The notes: generated by a model from the letters alone, not told the origin. Numbered from the stretch's first letter, positions 10,946-21,911 are shown. The stretch: DNA of 64,000 bases from an uncultured delta proteobacterium (GCA_963724765.1 CAVRVY010000001.1:288001-352000); one strand, 5' to 3'. Numbers and translations: made by a program.

Positions 10946-11728
10946 ATGAAAAGCAAAATGACGTCACAAAGAAGCGGATTGGCTATGTCGCTGGGACTGC
11001 TGGCAGGGGCCGTCCTTCTGACCAGCGCACTGTTCGCCTGCTCAGCCACCAGTCAGGGTCAGGTTGCGCTGCAACAGCCGACACCGACCGGAGGCAGCGC
11101 TCCGACCGGTGCGGCCCAATTCCTGGGGAGTGACGCTGCGCTGCTTCAGCCCGGGGCCGAGGGCCAGGCCGCCTTTGTGTACATCAACCCCAACGTGCAG
11201 TGGAGCAACTACAAAAAGGTCCTGCTGAAGCCCGTGGAGTTCTGGGACACTCCCAACTCGAGCGTCTCTCCTGACGACCAGAAGATGCTGACCTCGTACT
11301 TTTACAATTCGCTGCAAAAGAACCTGCAGCAGAATTTCACCCTGGTCGATCAGCCGGGGCCCGGAGTGATCACCGTCGCGGTCGCGATTATAAATGCCGA
11401 AGGGGCCACCCCCGGTTTGCGATCGGTCTCCCTGGTCATTCCGCAGGCTCGCATATTGAATTACGCGCAATCGCTTGCGACCGGCCACGCCGCCTTCGCC
11501 GGGTCCGCCGAAGCGGCTTTCAAGGCCACGGATTCGAGCACCGGCATATTGTTGGCGGAGTCGGTGGACAAGCGCGTCGGTGGCATGGCAGTGGCCAACG
11601 CGGCGCAGGTGCAATGGGGCGACGCCGAGGCCGCCATGGACTATTGGTCGCAAAAGATCACGCAGCGCGCGGTCGCGCTGGGAGCGGGTTCTCCCGCGGT
11701 TGGCGCGCAACCTTCGACGAGCAATTAG
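10946..11728 (+). CDS. DUF3313-family lipoprotein
   Basis: Lipobox LFAC; YINP..WSNYKKVLLKPV, EAAFKATDSSTG.LLAESVDKRVG, WGDAEAAMDYW. Confidence 0.8.
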   Translation: MKSKMTSQRSGLAMSLGLLAGAVLLTSALFACSATSQGQVALQQPTPTGGSAPTGAAQFLGSDAALLQPGAEGQAAFVYINPNVQWSNYKKVLLKPVEFWDTPNSSVSPDDQKMLTSYFYNSLQKNLQQNFTLVDQPGPGVITVAVAIINAEGATPGLRSVSLVIPQARILNYAQSLATGHAAFAGSAEAAFKATDSSTGILLAESVDKRVGGMAVANAAQVQWGDAEAAMDYWSQKITQRAVALGAGSPAVGAQPSTSN

Positions 11729-11858
11729 CCACCGAACTTCGCTTTGCTGGGCGGCCCTTTTACGGCGGTGCATCGGCAGCAGGGAAGGCGAATTCCCGCT
11801 GGTCCCGCTCAGCTTTTGGGAACCTATCCTGCGCGCGCGAACACGGTGGGCCGAGCGA

Positions 11859-11876
11859 GCGGGACCAAGGTCTTGT
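11859..11876. promoter_or_regulatory. Island motif copy 2 (weak): GCGGGAC-CAAG-GTCTTGT
   Basis: Upstream of the response regulator; core GGAC-CAAG-GTC. Confidence 0.45.
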
Positions 11877-12003
11877 AGAACGATCTGGGCTGTCCCGTTA
11901 CATAGGCTACATGAAATAGGTCTCATTCTGGGTCGCAGGCTCTGAGCACGAAGGATTTCACTGCCGCTGCGCTGCGATCCGCTTTTGGAGCGAGGTCAGA
12001 CGG

Positions 12004-12753
12004 GTGCCGTCCCACACAATCTCCCAGGGCAAACTCCCGAGTTCTCCGATTGCGCCATCCCGCAAAACTCCGGAACCCCAGGACTTCCAAACAGCCGAAG
12101 GCTGCGCGACGATCCGAGGTCTCACGGTCGCGGCGATTGAAGACGACGAGCGGATGCGCCACGCGCTCGTCTTTCAGATAGCAACCGCTGGTGTCGAGGT
12201 CGAACCTTATGCCTGCGCGGAGGAGTTTCTGAACGCCGCAAACGCGAAAGACTTCGATTGCATCCTGGTGGACATCAATTTGCCAAGAATGAACGGCTTG
12301 GAACTGCAGGAGGAGCTCAACCGGACAATTCCCTACGCATCGATCGTTTTCATCACCGGTCATGGCGATCTGCCTCTCGGAATGCATGCAATGAGGAAAG
12401 GCGCCGTGGATTTTCTTGAGAAGCCGATCGACGATCAAACACTATTGAGCTCGATTGCCCGCGGTGCCCATCGCTCGCGCAGGCGGCGTGCCGAGCATAA
12501 CCAGCGTATCGAGCTGGAAAAGCGCCACGGCTATCTCACGCCTCGCGAACGCGAAGTCTTCGATCTGATCACCACCGGTTTCCTGAACAAGCAGGTGGGC
12601 GCCGAGCTGGGAACAACTGAAAGGACCGTTAAGGCGCATCGGGAGAAGGTAATGAGCAAAATGGGCGCGGGCTCGCTCGCCGATCTCGTACGTATGGCCT
12701 ACGTCCTTCAGATTCACCCGCTCACGCTCAGGCTGCTCCCCCAAATGACCTGA
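12004..12753 (+). CDS. FixJ/NodW-type response regulator (REC + LuxR HTH)
   Basis: EDD, DINLP.MNGLELQ, FITGHGD, GAVDFLEKP, LTPREREV...LNKQVG..LG..ERTVKAHR; start uncertain. Confidence 0.93.
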   Translation: MPSHTISQGKLPSSPIAPSRKTPEPQDFQTAEGCATIRGLTVAAIEDDERMRHALVFQIATAGVEVEPYACAEEFLNAANAKDFDCILVDINLPRMNGLELQEELNRTIPYASIVFITGHGDLPLGMHAMRKGAVDFLEKPIDDQTLLSSIARGAHRSRRRRAEHNQRIELEKRHGYLTPREREVFDLITTGFLNKQVGAELGTTERTVKAHREKVMSKMGAGSLADLVRMAYVLQIHPLTLRLLPQMT

Positions 12754-12894
12754 ACAAATAGAAACCGCGCGCAGGGCCGCCGCCGGTTCGTTGGTTAGTT
12801 GGCACGGCCGCGGGCGCCGCGGATCGACCTGACTACCTCACCGGTTAATCAAAGTTCGATAGCTAGGCGCCGAGCAACGGCCCGTGAGGCTCGC

Positions 12895-14241
12895 TCATTG
12901 AACGTGCTTCGATATGCCGGCTTGCTTCCTTTGCGCAAGTGGCAGCGTGAAGGCGAACGTAGTGCCGCGGTCGGGGTTAGGCGCCGTCCATATTCTGCCG
13001 CCGTGGTGCTCGACGATCGATCGGCTTAGGAGCAAGCCCAAACCCATTCCTTCGCGCTTGGTCGTGACAAAAGGCTCGAACAGGCGGCCGGCGACCGATG
13101 GGGCAATGCCCACGCCGTTATCGCAGACGCTTATGCGCACCCATCCGGCCTTCTCCGGGGCGACCGTGATCGCAACCTCGCCCTGGTCGGAGTTGCCTTC
13201 TCTGATCGCGTCGAAGGCGTTGATGAGCAGATTCAAAATGCACTGCTGCAGTTGCACGCGATCTCCGACAACACGTCTTGCGGGAGGCGAAAGGTCGGCT
13301 CGCACCTGGATCTTTCGCAGCGCAGCTTCACCGGCGATCAACTTCACCGCTTCGGATATCAAATCGCCGAGGCCGATCTCGATTTTGCGCTCGGCGTGTC
13401 CCTTGAACAGGAATCGGACCCGCCGAATGATTTCAGCCGTGCGTTTGGTGTCCTCAATTGCATCGCTGACCGCGGCCAGGGCCATAGCGGACTGCGGATT
13501 CTTCTGCGACAGCAGGCGCGTCACACCTCCGAGATTGCTCAGGATTGCGCCCAAAGGCTGATTGATCTCGTGCACGAGCGAGGCGACCAGTTCGCTCATC
13601 ATATTGCGGCGTGAAGCAAGCCTGAGTTCGGTGCGTGCCGCCTGTAGCGCTATTTCCGACTGCTTGCGTTCGATCGCACTGCCAAAGAGCCTCACCGCGA
13701 GCCTGAGTTGGTCGAGCAGTTTCGTCGGCCATTCCCGCGTCGCTCTGAATTTATCGAAACCTGCCGCGCCGATCACCTGGTTGCCGGCCCACATCGGAAT
13801 TACGGCCGAAGCTTTCAGGCCGTAACGCGCAACGAAGTCTCTTGCATCCGTCAGTTCGGCCGGAATTCCGCTCGGCGACGAGAACACGAGCTGATTGCCC
13901 GCCAGGATCCAGTCGGTAGTCGTCTTGAGAAACTTGCGCGGGTCGAAATCCTGAGGCAAGGGAGGAATGTCGGGCCGCTTCCAGGTATGGGTGGTGCGCA
14001 CGGGGGCGGAACGCGAATCACGCTCATAGATGCCGCTGCGGTCCAGGCCCAAGGCCTGACTAATTTTGCCCAACCAAATTTCGATTTCACGGTCGACTTC
14101 ATAAGCTGACGCCCGCGTCATCGACGCCGACAGCTCGTCAACAAGCGATTCGAAACGGTCGATCTCGCGACGCGGCTGAAAGCCGCTCGACGCCCCATCA
14201 CGCATCGGCCGGATGTTCCGTTTGTCGACAAGCGGCGGCAT
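12895..14241 (-). CDS. Cytoplasmic GAF-domain sensor histidine kinase
   Basis: H-box LVHEINQPL, N-box QCILNLLINAFDA, DNGVGI, PFVTTK.EGMGLGL; no obvious TM segment. Confidence 0.92.
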   Translation of the reverse strand: MPPLVDKRNIRPMRDGASSGFQPRREIDRFESLVDELSASMTRASAYEVDREIEIWLGKISQALGLDRSGIYERDSRSAPVRTTHTWKRPDIPPLPQDFDPRKFLKTTTDWILAGNQLVFSSPSGIPAELTDARDFVARYGLKASAVIPMWAGNQVIGAAGFDKFRATREWPTKLLDQLRLAVRLFGSAIERKQSEIALQAARTELRLASRRNMMSELVASLVHEINQPLGAILSNLGGVTRLLSQKNPQSAMALAAVSDAIEDTKRTAEIIRRVRFLFKGHAERKIEIGLGDLISEAVKLIAGEAALRKIQVRADLSPPARRVVGDRVQLQQCILNLLINAFDAIREGNSDQGEVAITVAPEKAGWVRISVCDNGVGIAPSVAGRLFEPFVTTKREGMGLGLLLSRSIVEHHGGRIWTAPNPDRGTTFAFTLPLAQRKQAGISKHVQ

Positions 14242-14462
14242 AAACGCTTTTAGGGTTAAAATCCCTTGTGGACCAGCAACAGCATCCGAGATTATGGATT
14301 GACCGAAGGCGCGCGTTCATTTCCAGGCGCATCTTATGGCAAAAGATCGCCTTAGCGCGAGCGTCATGCGTCAACGTTGATGACGCATAACCAATAAGAA
14401 ATGATTGCGGCCTGTGAGTGAAGAATCAGTTTGCGCGGTTTCTGCTGTCTAATGAAGCAAAT

Positions 14463-14840
14463 TCAAGCTTTGCCGAGCGCTTTTCGGATAGCGCGAGTCA
14501 ACTGTTTCTGATCGAATGGCTTGAATAAGGAGGCAATTGGCTCCGCCCTGCGCATGATTTGCGTAGTCTGTTCATCGTCGAGGCCGCTCATCAGAATTGT
14601 AGGCAACTCCCGACCCGTCGCGGCTAAGCCCCGGCAGAGTTCGATCCCGTTCATTCCCGGCATCCAGACGTCCAGCAAGAGGCAGCTGGCGCCGGCCGGA
14701 AACTCGCTGGCCAGCAACTCCTCCGCGCTCTGACAGACCAACACGTTGAATCCCAAAGCCAGCAACTGTGTTCGTAGCGCGCGCCGAATAGACGCGTCGT
14801 CATCTACCACAATTATCGTGGCCCTTGGATTCTTCGACAA
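14463..14840 (-). CDS. Single-domain response regulator receiver
   Basis: VVDDD, CLLLDVWMPGMNG, LFKPF. Confidence 0.9.
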   Translation of the reverse strand: MSKNPRATIIVVDDDASIRRALRTQLLALGFNVLVCQSAEELLASEFPAGASCLLLDVWMPGMNGIELCRGLAATGRELPTILMSGLDDEQTTQIMRRAEPIASLFKPFDQKQLTRAIRKALGKA

Positions 14841-14925
14841 CTAGCGATACCGGCTCGGCGACAGACTTCCCGAATCATCCGCACGATTGCGCGCTACTGG
14901 ATTCTGCGCCGGGCAGCGCCCGGTG

Positions 14926-14949
14926 GCTATTGTACCAAAGTACAATAGC
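14926..14949. promoter_or_regulatory. Island motif copy 3: GCTATTGTAC-CAAA-GTACAATAGC
   Basis: Perfect 10-4-10 inverted repeat in the divergent region between the receiver gene and the sulfatase operon. Confidence 0.8.
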
Positions 14950-15107
14950 GCCCCCTTTGTAAACGTAGAAAGCTTAGCGCTGCCAAAACGAGAAAAGTCC
15001 GTCGCCGTCGCGCAAGCGAGGCAATGTGGCGGGGGGAAGTGAGCCCGCACCGGCATTTCAACTGAATTCGAGCTGCGCCGATTCATGCCGCGTAGCAGGG
15101 GAAACAA

Positions 15108-16406
15108 ATGATCGAGAATAAAATTTCGAATCGGACGGCATTGCGTCATGCTCTCCGTCTTCCGTCTGCCTATGCACTGGCAGCCATCATCTTTTTCATA
15201 CCTCAATTGCTGCGGGCGCAAGGCGCCGGCCAGTTCGAGCAACCGCCGACCATAAACGCCACCCAGCTTTTGCCGGAGAGCGCTCTTTCAGGCCCCGGAT
15301 TTCACGTCGAGCAGCAGGTGCCGACCAACGGCGCGATGGGCCAATACACCATCGTCGCCGACGCGTCGGTATTTCAGAACGACGCGGGGACCTATCGGGT
15401 GGAAAGTCTCGATTTGCTGAAGATACGTCTGTCCGAGATACCCGCGATCGCATATCTCGAAAATGTGAGTAAGAGCGGCGTATTCGCCACAGCGCTAGCC
15501 CAAAGCGCAGAACGCCCGGTTGCCGACGCAGCTAATATGGTCATCCATCCGATGGATACGGTTACCGGACTGCCCAGCGGGATTGGGAGTTTTTTTGGCC
15601 GCGTCACTCTCGGAGTGGGACACATAGCTTCGACGGCGTCGAACTCGTTTGGAAGCGGGGCCGCCGCGGGTCAGACCGCCAACGCGACGATGACCGCGCT
15701 GGGCTATGACCAGGTCCGTCGGGATCTGGCGAGAAAGCTGCACGTCGATCCCTACAGTTCCGATCCGATTCTCACCAAGAAACTGAATTCGGTCGCCTGG
15801 GTCATGTTCTCGGCCCGCCTGACGGTCGACGCGGCCATGATGGCAGTCCCCGCCTCGATAATCATTAGTGGCGTGGAGTTCACTAACGACCTGGTCTATC
15901 AGAAACCGAAAGGGGACTTGATTATCTTCGTCCAGGACAAGCTGCGGAATTTTGGCCTGTCGCCGGAAGAGATCGCATCCTTCATTAGCAATTCCGCGAT
16001 CCCGTTGAGTCTGCAGGTTTCCGTGGTCGAAGACCTCAAAGATCTCGGCGACATTCCGGGCCGTCGCGCGGCAGCGGTTGCTCTGGGCAACGTGATGACG
16101 GAGTACCAGGCACGTTTCCTGGCTACTTCCCTGCACATGCTCAATCGATGGGGCCAGCAGAAGAGTCCGATTGCAAAAATCCAGGTTCCCGGGGTGCTGG
16201 TAGCGCGCGATCAGAATGGCACCGTGATAGTGCCCGCGCCGGTCGACTACGTATCGTGGACGCCGCGCATCGCCGCGTTTGTGACGACCCCCGCATTGTT
16301 GGGGTTGCAAAACCGCGTGCTGTGGATTCCCGCCAAGATGACTCCGCTCACCCGTCAGCAGTTGGTGGCTAATGGCTGGTCGATCCACGAAGGCGCGCAG
16401 CCGTAG
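15108..16406 (+). CDS. Exported hypothetical protein
   Basis: 432-aa ORF, signal peptide, GGGG RBS; no recognised catalytic motif. Confidence 0.8.
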   Translation: MIENKISNRTALRHALRLPSAYALAAIIFFIPQLLRAQGAGQFEQPPTINATQLLPESALSGPGFHVEQQVPTNGAMGQYTIVADASVFQNDAGTYRVESLDLLKIRLSEIPAIAYLENVSKSGVFATALAQSAERPVADAANMVIHPMDTVTGLPSGIGSFFGRVTLGVGHIASTASNSFGSGAAAGQTANATMTALGYDQVRRDLARKLHVDPYSSDPILTKKLNSVAWVMFSARLTVDAAMMAVPASIIISGVEFTNDLVYQKPKGDLIIFVQDKLRNFGLSPEEIASFISNSAIPLSLQVSVVEDLKDLGDIPGRRAAAVALGNVMTEYQARFLATSLHMLNRWGQQKSPIAKIQVPGVLVARDQNGTVIVPAPVDYVSWTPRIAAFVTTPALLGLQNRVLWIPAKMTPLTRQQLVANGWSIHEGAQP

Positions 16407-16678
16407 CGCATGGTATTCGACAGAGCAGTGCACGGAAGGAAAAAAGAATCGAAGGAGAAATGAATCGCGTGAGCGACAACATCAAAGTCGCCAGCCCGCT
16501 GTCCGTTCTGCTCGCTCAAGAACGCAGACGAATTTCAGTGGGGTGATGCCGAAAACGCGATGAATTATTGGCTAACGAACTTGACCGACGATTGGTGTCC
16601 CTAGGCGCCGGTAGCCAATCGAATCCGCCAGCAGCCAACAACTGAAGAGCGAATGCATAGAGCCAAGGGAAGAGTATC

Positions 16679-18361
16679 GTGATGTATAGCCCGAAAAGCC
16701 AACGGTCCGCGTTCGCGCTCATGCTCGGAGCACTCATGTGTTTGTCGATCGCGCACACGACCTGGGCACAGGACAAGAAGCCTAACATTCTCGTCATCAT
16801 GGGTGACGACGTCGGCTGGTTTAACATCGGTGCCTATCACCGTGGAATCATGTCAGGCAAGACGCCGAACCTCGACAAACTTGCCGCCCAGGGCATGATG
16901 TTCACCGATTACTATGCCGAGGCCAGCTGCACGGCGGGGCGCGCTAATTTCATCACTGGCGAATTGCCAATTCGCACTGGTTTGACAACCGTGGGCCAGG
17001 CGGGTGCAGACGTAGGATTACCGGATCGAGCCGTTACTCTTGCCACCATTCTCAAAGCGCAAGGTTACGAAACAGGACAGTTCGGCAAAAACCATCTCGG
17101 AGATATGAATAAGTACCTGCCGTGCGTACACGGCTTCGACGAATTCTTCGGCTATTTGTACCACCTCGACGCGATGTCTGACCCGTACTGGTTCGACTAC
17201 CCGCAGAGCTGGATCGACAAGACGGGGCCGCGCGATCTGGTGCACTGCTGGGCAGCGGCCACGGATGACTCCACAGTGATGGCGCGCTGGGGCAAGGTTG
17301 GAAAACAGAAGATCGAGGATGAAGGTCCCTTGGCGCCGTTTCCCAACATGAAAGATATGCAGAACTGGCAGGAAGGTCGCAAGGCCAAGTACGACATGGA
17401 GACCTTCGACGACGTGCTGGTGGAACACAGCAAGGGATTCATGGACAAGGCGAAGAAGGACGGCAAGCCGTTCTTCATCTGGCACAACACCACTCGCATG
17501 CATGTCTTTAGCTATATCCCGCCGAAGTACCAGGCGATGATGAACGCTACCAACAACTACAACATCGAAGAGGCCGGCATGGCGCAGATGGACGACAGTG
17601 TCGGCGCGCTCCTGAAGCATATCGAGGATATCGGCGAGGCCGACAATACTATCGTGATCTTCACCACGGACAACGGCGCGGAAGTCTTTACTTGGCCCGA
17701 TGGAGGAATGACGCCTTTCAGAGCGACCAAGGGCACCGTGTTTGAAGGTGGTTTCCGCGTGCCGGCAATTATCCGCTGGCCGGGCCGCGTCAAGCCCGGA
17801 TCAGTGGAGAATGGCATCTTTTCCGGCCTCGACTGGCTACCCACTCTCTCGGCTGCAGCCGGCAATCCCGACGTCGCCGAGCAGCTCCTTAAGGGAGTGA
17901 ACATCGGCGGTCGCGAATACAAGAATCACCTCGACGGCTATAATCAGATGGACGTGCTGACTGGCAAGGGGCCGTCGAAGCGGCACGAGATCTTCTACTT
18001 CGGTGGGCCGCATCTCGGCGCTCTGCGCATCGATGACTTCAAGTTCCAGTTTTTCCAGCAGCCATACGGATGGCCGGGCGAGAAGGTCACGACCGACATG
18101 CCGACCATCGTGAATCTGCGTCAGGATCCGTTCGAGCGCACACCGGCGGTCCGCGGTGAAAGCACGAACGACATGGGCGGGGGATACCTGAATGACTTTT
18201 ATGCGCGCGAGTTCTGGCGGTTCGTGATGGTGCAGCAGTACGTGGGTAAGCTGGCGATGACGGCCGTCGATTATCCTCCGATGCAGGCGCCGGCGTCCTT
18301 CAACCTCCAAGCGATTAAGGAGAAGATCCAGGAAGTGATAAAGGAGCACGAAGGCCAATAG
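16679..18361 (+). CDS. Arylsulfatase (Cys-type)
   Basis: KPNILVIMGDDVG, SCTAGRA, FGKNHLGD, TTDNG, EGGFRVP; Sec-type signal. Confidence 0.95.
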   Translation: MMYSPKSQRSAFALMLGALMCLSIAHTTWAQDKKPNILVIMGDDVGWFNIGAYHRGIMSGKTPNLDKLAAQGMMFTDYYAEASCTAGRANFITGELPIRTGLTTVGQAGADVGLPDRAVTLATILKAQGYETGQFGKNHLGDMNKYLPCVHGFDEFFGYLYHLDAMSDPYWFDYPQSWIDKTGPRDLVHCWAAATDDSTVMARWGKVGKQKIEDEGPLAPFPNMKDMQNWQEGRKAKYDMETFDDVLVEHSKGFMDKAKKDGKPFFIWHNTTRMHVFSYIPPKYQAMMNATNNYNIEEAGMAQMDDSVGALLKHIEDIGEADNTIVIFTTDNGAEVFTWPDGGMTPFRATKGTVFEGGFRVPAIIRWPGRVKPGSVENGIFSGLDWLPTLSAAAGNPDVAEQLLKGVNIGGREYKNHLDGYNQMDVLTGKGPSKRHEIFYFGGPHLGALRIDDFKFQFFQQPYGWPGEKVTTDMPTIVNLRQDPFERTPAVRGESTNDMGGGYLNDFYAREFWRFVMVQQYVGKLAMTAVDYPPMQAPASFNLQAIKEKIQEVIKEHEGQ

Positions 18362-18374
18362 TCAGTATGCGACA

Positions 18375-18404
18375 CAACGGGCGGCTCTCCAGGGCCGCCC
18401 GTTG
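18375..18404 (+). other. Strong intergenic hairpin between tandem arylsulfatases
   Basis: CAACGGGCGGC...GCCGCCCGTTG 11-bp stem with no U-tract. Confidence 0.6.
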
Positions 18405-18440
18405 CGGCTTCGTCCGAAAAAGATGTCTCAGAAGGAACAA

Positions 18441-20060
18441 ATGCGTATGAATGTGAATAAAATAATGCTGGTTTTTCTGGTGCTCGCCGCATTGGCTCCG
18501 CCAACCGCCGCTCCAGTGCTGGCGCAGCAGAAAAACCCCAACATCATCTTCATCATGGGTGATGATATAGGATGGTCCAACATCGGTGTCTACAACCAGG
18601 GCATCATGGCCGGACGGACGCCGAACCTCGACAAGCTCGCCACGGAGGGTATGCGATTCACCGACTACTACGCCGAAGCGAGCTGCACCGCGGGACGAGC
18701 GAACTTCATCACCGGCGAACTGCCCATCCGCACCGGCCTGACTACTGTCGGTCAGGCAGGTTCGCCGCTCGGGATGCCGGATGAGGCCCCGACTATCGCG
18801 ACCGTGCTGAAGTCGATGGGGTATGCTACCGGCCAGTTCGGCAAGAACCACCTCGGCGACAGGAATCAGTTCCTACCCACGGTGCACGGGTTTGACGAAT
18901 ACTTCGGCTACCTGTACCACCTCGATGCGATGGAGGACCCGTGCCATCGTAATTATCCGCAGGCGCTGAGGGACAGGGTTGGGCCCCGGAACATGATCCA
19001 CGCGTGGGCGACAGACACGGACGATTCAACCGTGCAGCCGCGCTGGGGAAAGATCGGCAAGCAGAAGATAGAAGACGCCGGTCAGCTTTGTCCCGAGCGG
19101 ATGAAAACGGTCGATGACGAAATTTTAGATAAAGCGCTCAAGTTCACAGACAAGGCGAGAAAAGACGGCAAGCCATTTTTTCTGTGGCTCAACCCGACCC
19201 GGATGCACGTCATTACCCATCTCTCGGACAAGTACGAAAACATGCGCACCGCGGAAAATGGCTGGAGCATCGAGGAAGCGGGGATGGCGCAGCTCGACGA
19301 TATCGTCGGCGCGGTGATGAAGTACGTGAAGGACAACGGCCTGGATGACAACACGATCATCGCCTTCAGCACCGACAATGGCGCAGAGAACTTTACCTGG
19401 CCCGATGGCGGACAGACCCCGTTCGCGGGCGGCAAAGGCACGGCTCTTGAAGGCGGCTTTCGCGTACCCGCGATCATTCGCTGGCCGGGCAAGATACCAG
19501 CGGGCAAAGTCGAGAATGGCATCGTTTCCGGGCTCGACTGGTTTCCGACGTTCGCGGCTGCGGCCGGCTATCAAGGTGATATCGCCGCGGATCTCAGGAA
19601 GGGCAAGGATCTTGGCGGGCGCAATTACAAGGTGCACCTCGACGGCTACAACCAGATGGATATGCTGACCGGCAAGGGCCAGTCGAAGCGCCACGAGATT
19701 TTCTACCTCACCGAAACCACGCTAGGTGCGGTGCGGATCGACGACTACAAATACCGCTTCACCGATCAGCCCAACGGCTGGCTTGGAGCCACCGAAAAAG
19801 TCGATTGGCCGATCCTGGTGAATTTACGTCTGGACCCTTATGAGCGAACCGGAATGTACAACGGCAAGGATAATGGATCGATAGCCTACTACAACTGGTT
19901 TGCGTTCGAGTTCTGGCGCTTCGTGTTCGTGCAGCAGGAGGTGGCTCAAGCGGCACAAACCCTGCTCGAGTTTCCGCCGATGCAAAAGGGCGCAAGCTTC
20001 AATATGGCGGCGATTAAGGAACAGCTTCAGAAGGCGGCCGCGTCGCATACCGGCGAATAG
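18441..20060 (+). CDS. Arylsulfatase (Cys-type), paralog of upstream gene
   Basis: PNIIFIMGDDIG, SCTAGRA, FGKNHLGD, STDNG; Sec-type signal. Confidence 0.95.
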   Translation: MRMNVNKIMLVFLVLAALAPPTAAPVLAQQKNPNIIFIMGDDIGWSNIGVYNQGIMAGRTPNLDKLATEGMRFTDYYAEASCTAGRANFITGELPIRTGLTTVGQAGSPLGMPDEAPTIATVLKSMGYATGQFGKNHLGDRNQFLPTVHGFDEYFGYLYHLDAMEDPCHRNYPQALRDRVGPRNMIHAWATDTDDSTVQPRWGKIGKQKIEDAGQLCPERMKTVDDEILDKALKFTDKARKDGKPFFLWLNPTRMHVITHLSDKYENMRTAENGWSIEEAGMAQLDDIVGAVMKYVKDNGLDDNTIIAFSTDNGAENFTWPDGGQTPFAGGKGTALEGGFRVPAIIRWPGKIPAGKVENGIVSGLDWFPTFAAAAGYQGDIAADLRKGKDLGGRNYKVHLDGYNQMDMLTGKGQSKRHEIFYLTETTLGAVRIDDYKYRFTDQPNGWLGATEKVDWPILVNLRLDPYERTGMYNGKDNGSIAYYNWFAFEFWRFVFVQQEVAQAAQTLLEFPPMQKGASFNMAAIKEQLQKAAASHTGE

Positions 20061-20107
20061 GCAGATGGATTTGTCAAAGAGACGCCGAAGTCACTGAGGG
20101 AGGGAAT

Positions 20108-20965
20108 TTGACGAAAACGACGGCATCCGAAAGGAGAATTCCGTCAGATGAAGCGCGCGGCCCCGAATTCATCCGGGGCCGCGCACGGAAATGGTGGGAG
20201 CGACCGAAGCGAAAGTTGGTAACCGTAACGCTCGGCGCCCTGATGCTGGGCGCAGGACTCGCACGCGCCGACAATGTTGGGTTGCCGCTGCCGCCAGATG
20301 ATCGGCAAATAATCACCGCCAAGCTTGGTCCCATAGTAGGCAAAGGATTGCCCAGTAAGCCTATCGAGGACGTTTCCGTCTACTTCCCCCTTCAGGAAAA
20401 GGCGGCACATTACCGAGTCACGGCTGGCCCCAACGCCGGAAACACGCAAGAGCTTGGCCTCGCGAAGGTCAGACGCCCAGGCGGAAGGTCGGCCTGGCGG
20501 TTTCAGTTCTCGCCCTCGCTTGCGGGGTTCATCCATCTGACACCACAGGGCGATCTCATGGTGCCCGCCGTGACCGACACGAGTGAGGGCGTGGTGGTCA
20601 TTACAACGCCCGCCAACCCATTCGTACTCAAAGGCATGAAGCCTGGCGAGACGCGGTCTTATTCGCAACAGGTCTCGGTGATCGAACTCGACGATCCAGC
20701 GGACCAGGAATATTCGGGATCATTGAACGGCACCTATACTTACGTGGGCACTTACCAGGTGACAGTACCGGCCGGCACCTTCGAGGCGGTGCTGCTCCGT
20801 CTCAGGTGCAAGGGCAAGGTTGGTCCGGCTCAGACGCACGACACTGCATATTACTTCTTTGCGCCAGGCAAGGGGGTGGTCGCCATGATTAGCCAGGAGG
20901 ATGCGACAGCGTTCTGGATCATTCATATCGACACCACAGCCGGGAAGGTGCTCATCAAGAATTGA
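20108..20965 (+). CDS. Exported hypothetical protein
   Basis: GGAGG RBS; hydrophobic leader; VTVPAGTFEAV and YFFAPGKGVV motifs. Confidence 0.75.
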   Translation: MTKTTASERRIPSDEARGPEFIRGRARKWWERPKRKLVTVTLGALMLGAGLARADNVGLPLPPDDRQIITAKLGPIVGKGLPSKPIEDVSVYFPLQEKAAHYRVTAGPNAGNTQELGLAKVRRPGGRSAWRFQFSPSLAGFIHLTPQGDLMVPAVTDTSEGVVVITTPANPFVLKGMKPGETRSYSQQVSVIELDDPADQEYSGSLNGTYTYVGTYQVTVPAGTFEAVLLRLRCKGKVGPAQTHDTAYYFFAPGKGVVAMISQEDATAFWIIHIDTTAGKVLIKN

Positions 20966-21023
20966 AGCGGCGTTGTAATACATACGAACTGGTGACACGG
21001 GCGCTGATGAGGCTGGGTGCTAA

Positions 21024-21896
21024 ATGACGATCCGACACCCTAGTACACTTTGGTTAATCGCTTTCGCGCTTCTCGTGATGGTGAGCAGGGCGCGCGGTCA
21101 AAGTCTCACGGCCGGCCCAGCGAACGGTGAATCCGAGGAAGATCTGTTGGCGCGCGAAGTCGACGACCCGACTGCGATTCTCACCCAGCTTAAACTTCAG
21201 GATCTATATACTCCGAAGAATTTCCAGACCACTGCGCAGACCAACACGGTGCAGCTGCGGCCGGTTCTACCGATTGAGTCGTTCTCGCTCTTTCCCTTCA
21301 AGCAAATCGTCCGGCCGACCTTCGAAGTACAGACTCTGGCCACTTCGCGAGGCAGTTCAACCATCACTGAATTCGCCGACATGCAGCTTTTCGATTTGTT
21401 CCTCTCCAACTGGCCCAACCCTAAAGTGACCGGATTCGGCTGGGGCATCGGACCGACTTTCGTGTTCCCCACGGGAAGAGACCCCAAAGCGGGTGATCAC
21501 GCCTGGGAGGTTGGACCCGCAGCCGCCGCCGCTTACCGGGGTATTCCACGCTTGATGGTGGGTTTTCTGTTTCAGAACCCCATCTCGTTCGCGTACACGA
21601 ATTCCTCAGCCACCCCTCAAACCGAGTTGGAATTTCAGCCGCTCATATCCTACACGCTCGGCCGCGGCTGGTACGTGAAATCCGCGGATTCCACGTGGAC
21701 CGTCAAGTGGCGGCACGGCAGTTCCACCACGATTCCCGTCAGCTTTGGCTTGGGGCGGGTATGGAAGTGCGAGGGGCCTGAGCTCAATACCTGGGTGTCC
21801 GGCGAATGGTCGGCCTACCGGCAGTATACAAATATCACCCCGATGTACACCGTACGGTTCGGCGCGACCCTTTTATTACCGCATCTTCAGTTCTAA
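21024..21896 (+). CDS. Putative outer-membrane protein (often annotated 'neuromedin U'-like)
   Basis: Signal peptide; DPTA.L, QLRPVLP, WGIGPTFVFPT, W..GPA, PVSFGLGRV. Confidence 0.65.
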   Translation: MTIRHPSTLWLIAFALLVMVSRARGQSLTAGPANGESEEDLLAREVDDPTAILTQLKLQDLYTPKNFQTTAQTNTVQLRPVLPIESFSLFPFKQIVRPTFEVQTLATSRGSSTITEFADMQLFDLFLSNWPNPKVTGFGWGIGPTFVFPTGRDPKAGDHAWEVGPAAAAAYRGIPRLMVGFLFQNPISFAYTNSSATPQTELEFQPLISYTLGRGWYVKSADSTWTVKWRHGSSTTIPVSFGLGRVWKCEGPELNTWVSGEWSAYRQYTNITPMYTVRFGATLLLPHLQF

Positions 21897-21911
21897 GCGG
21901 CGATTAGCCTC

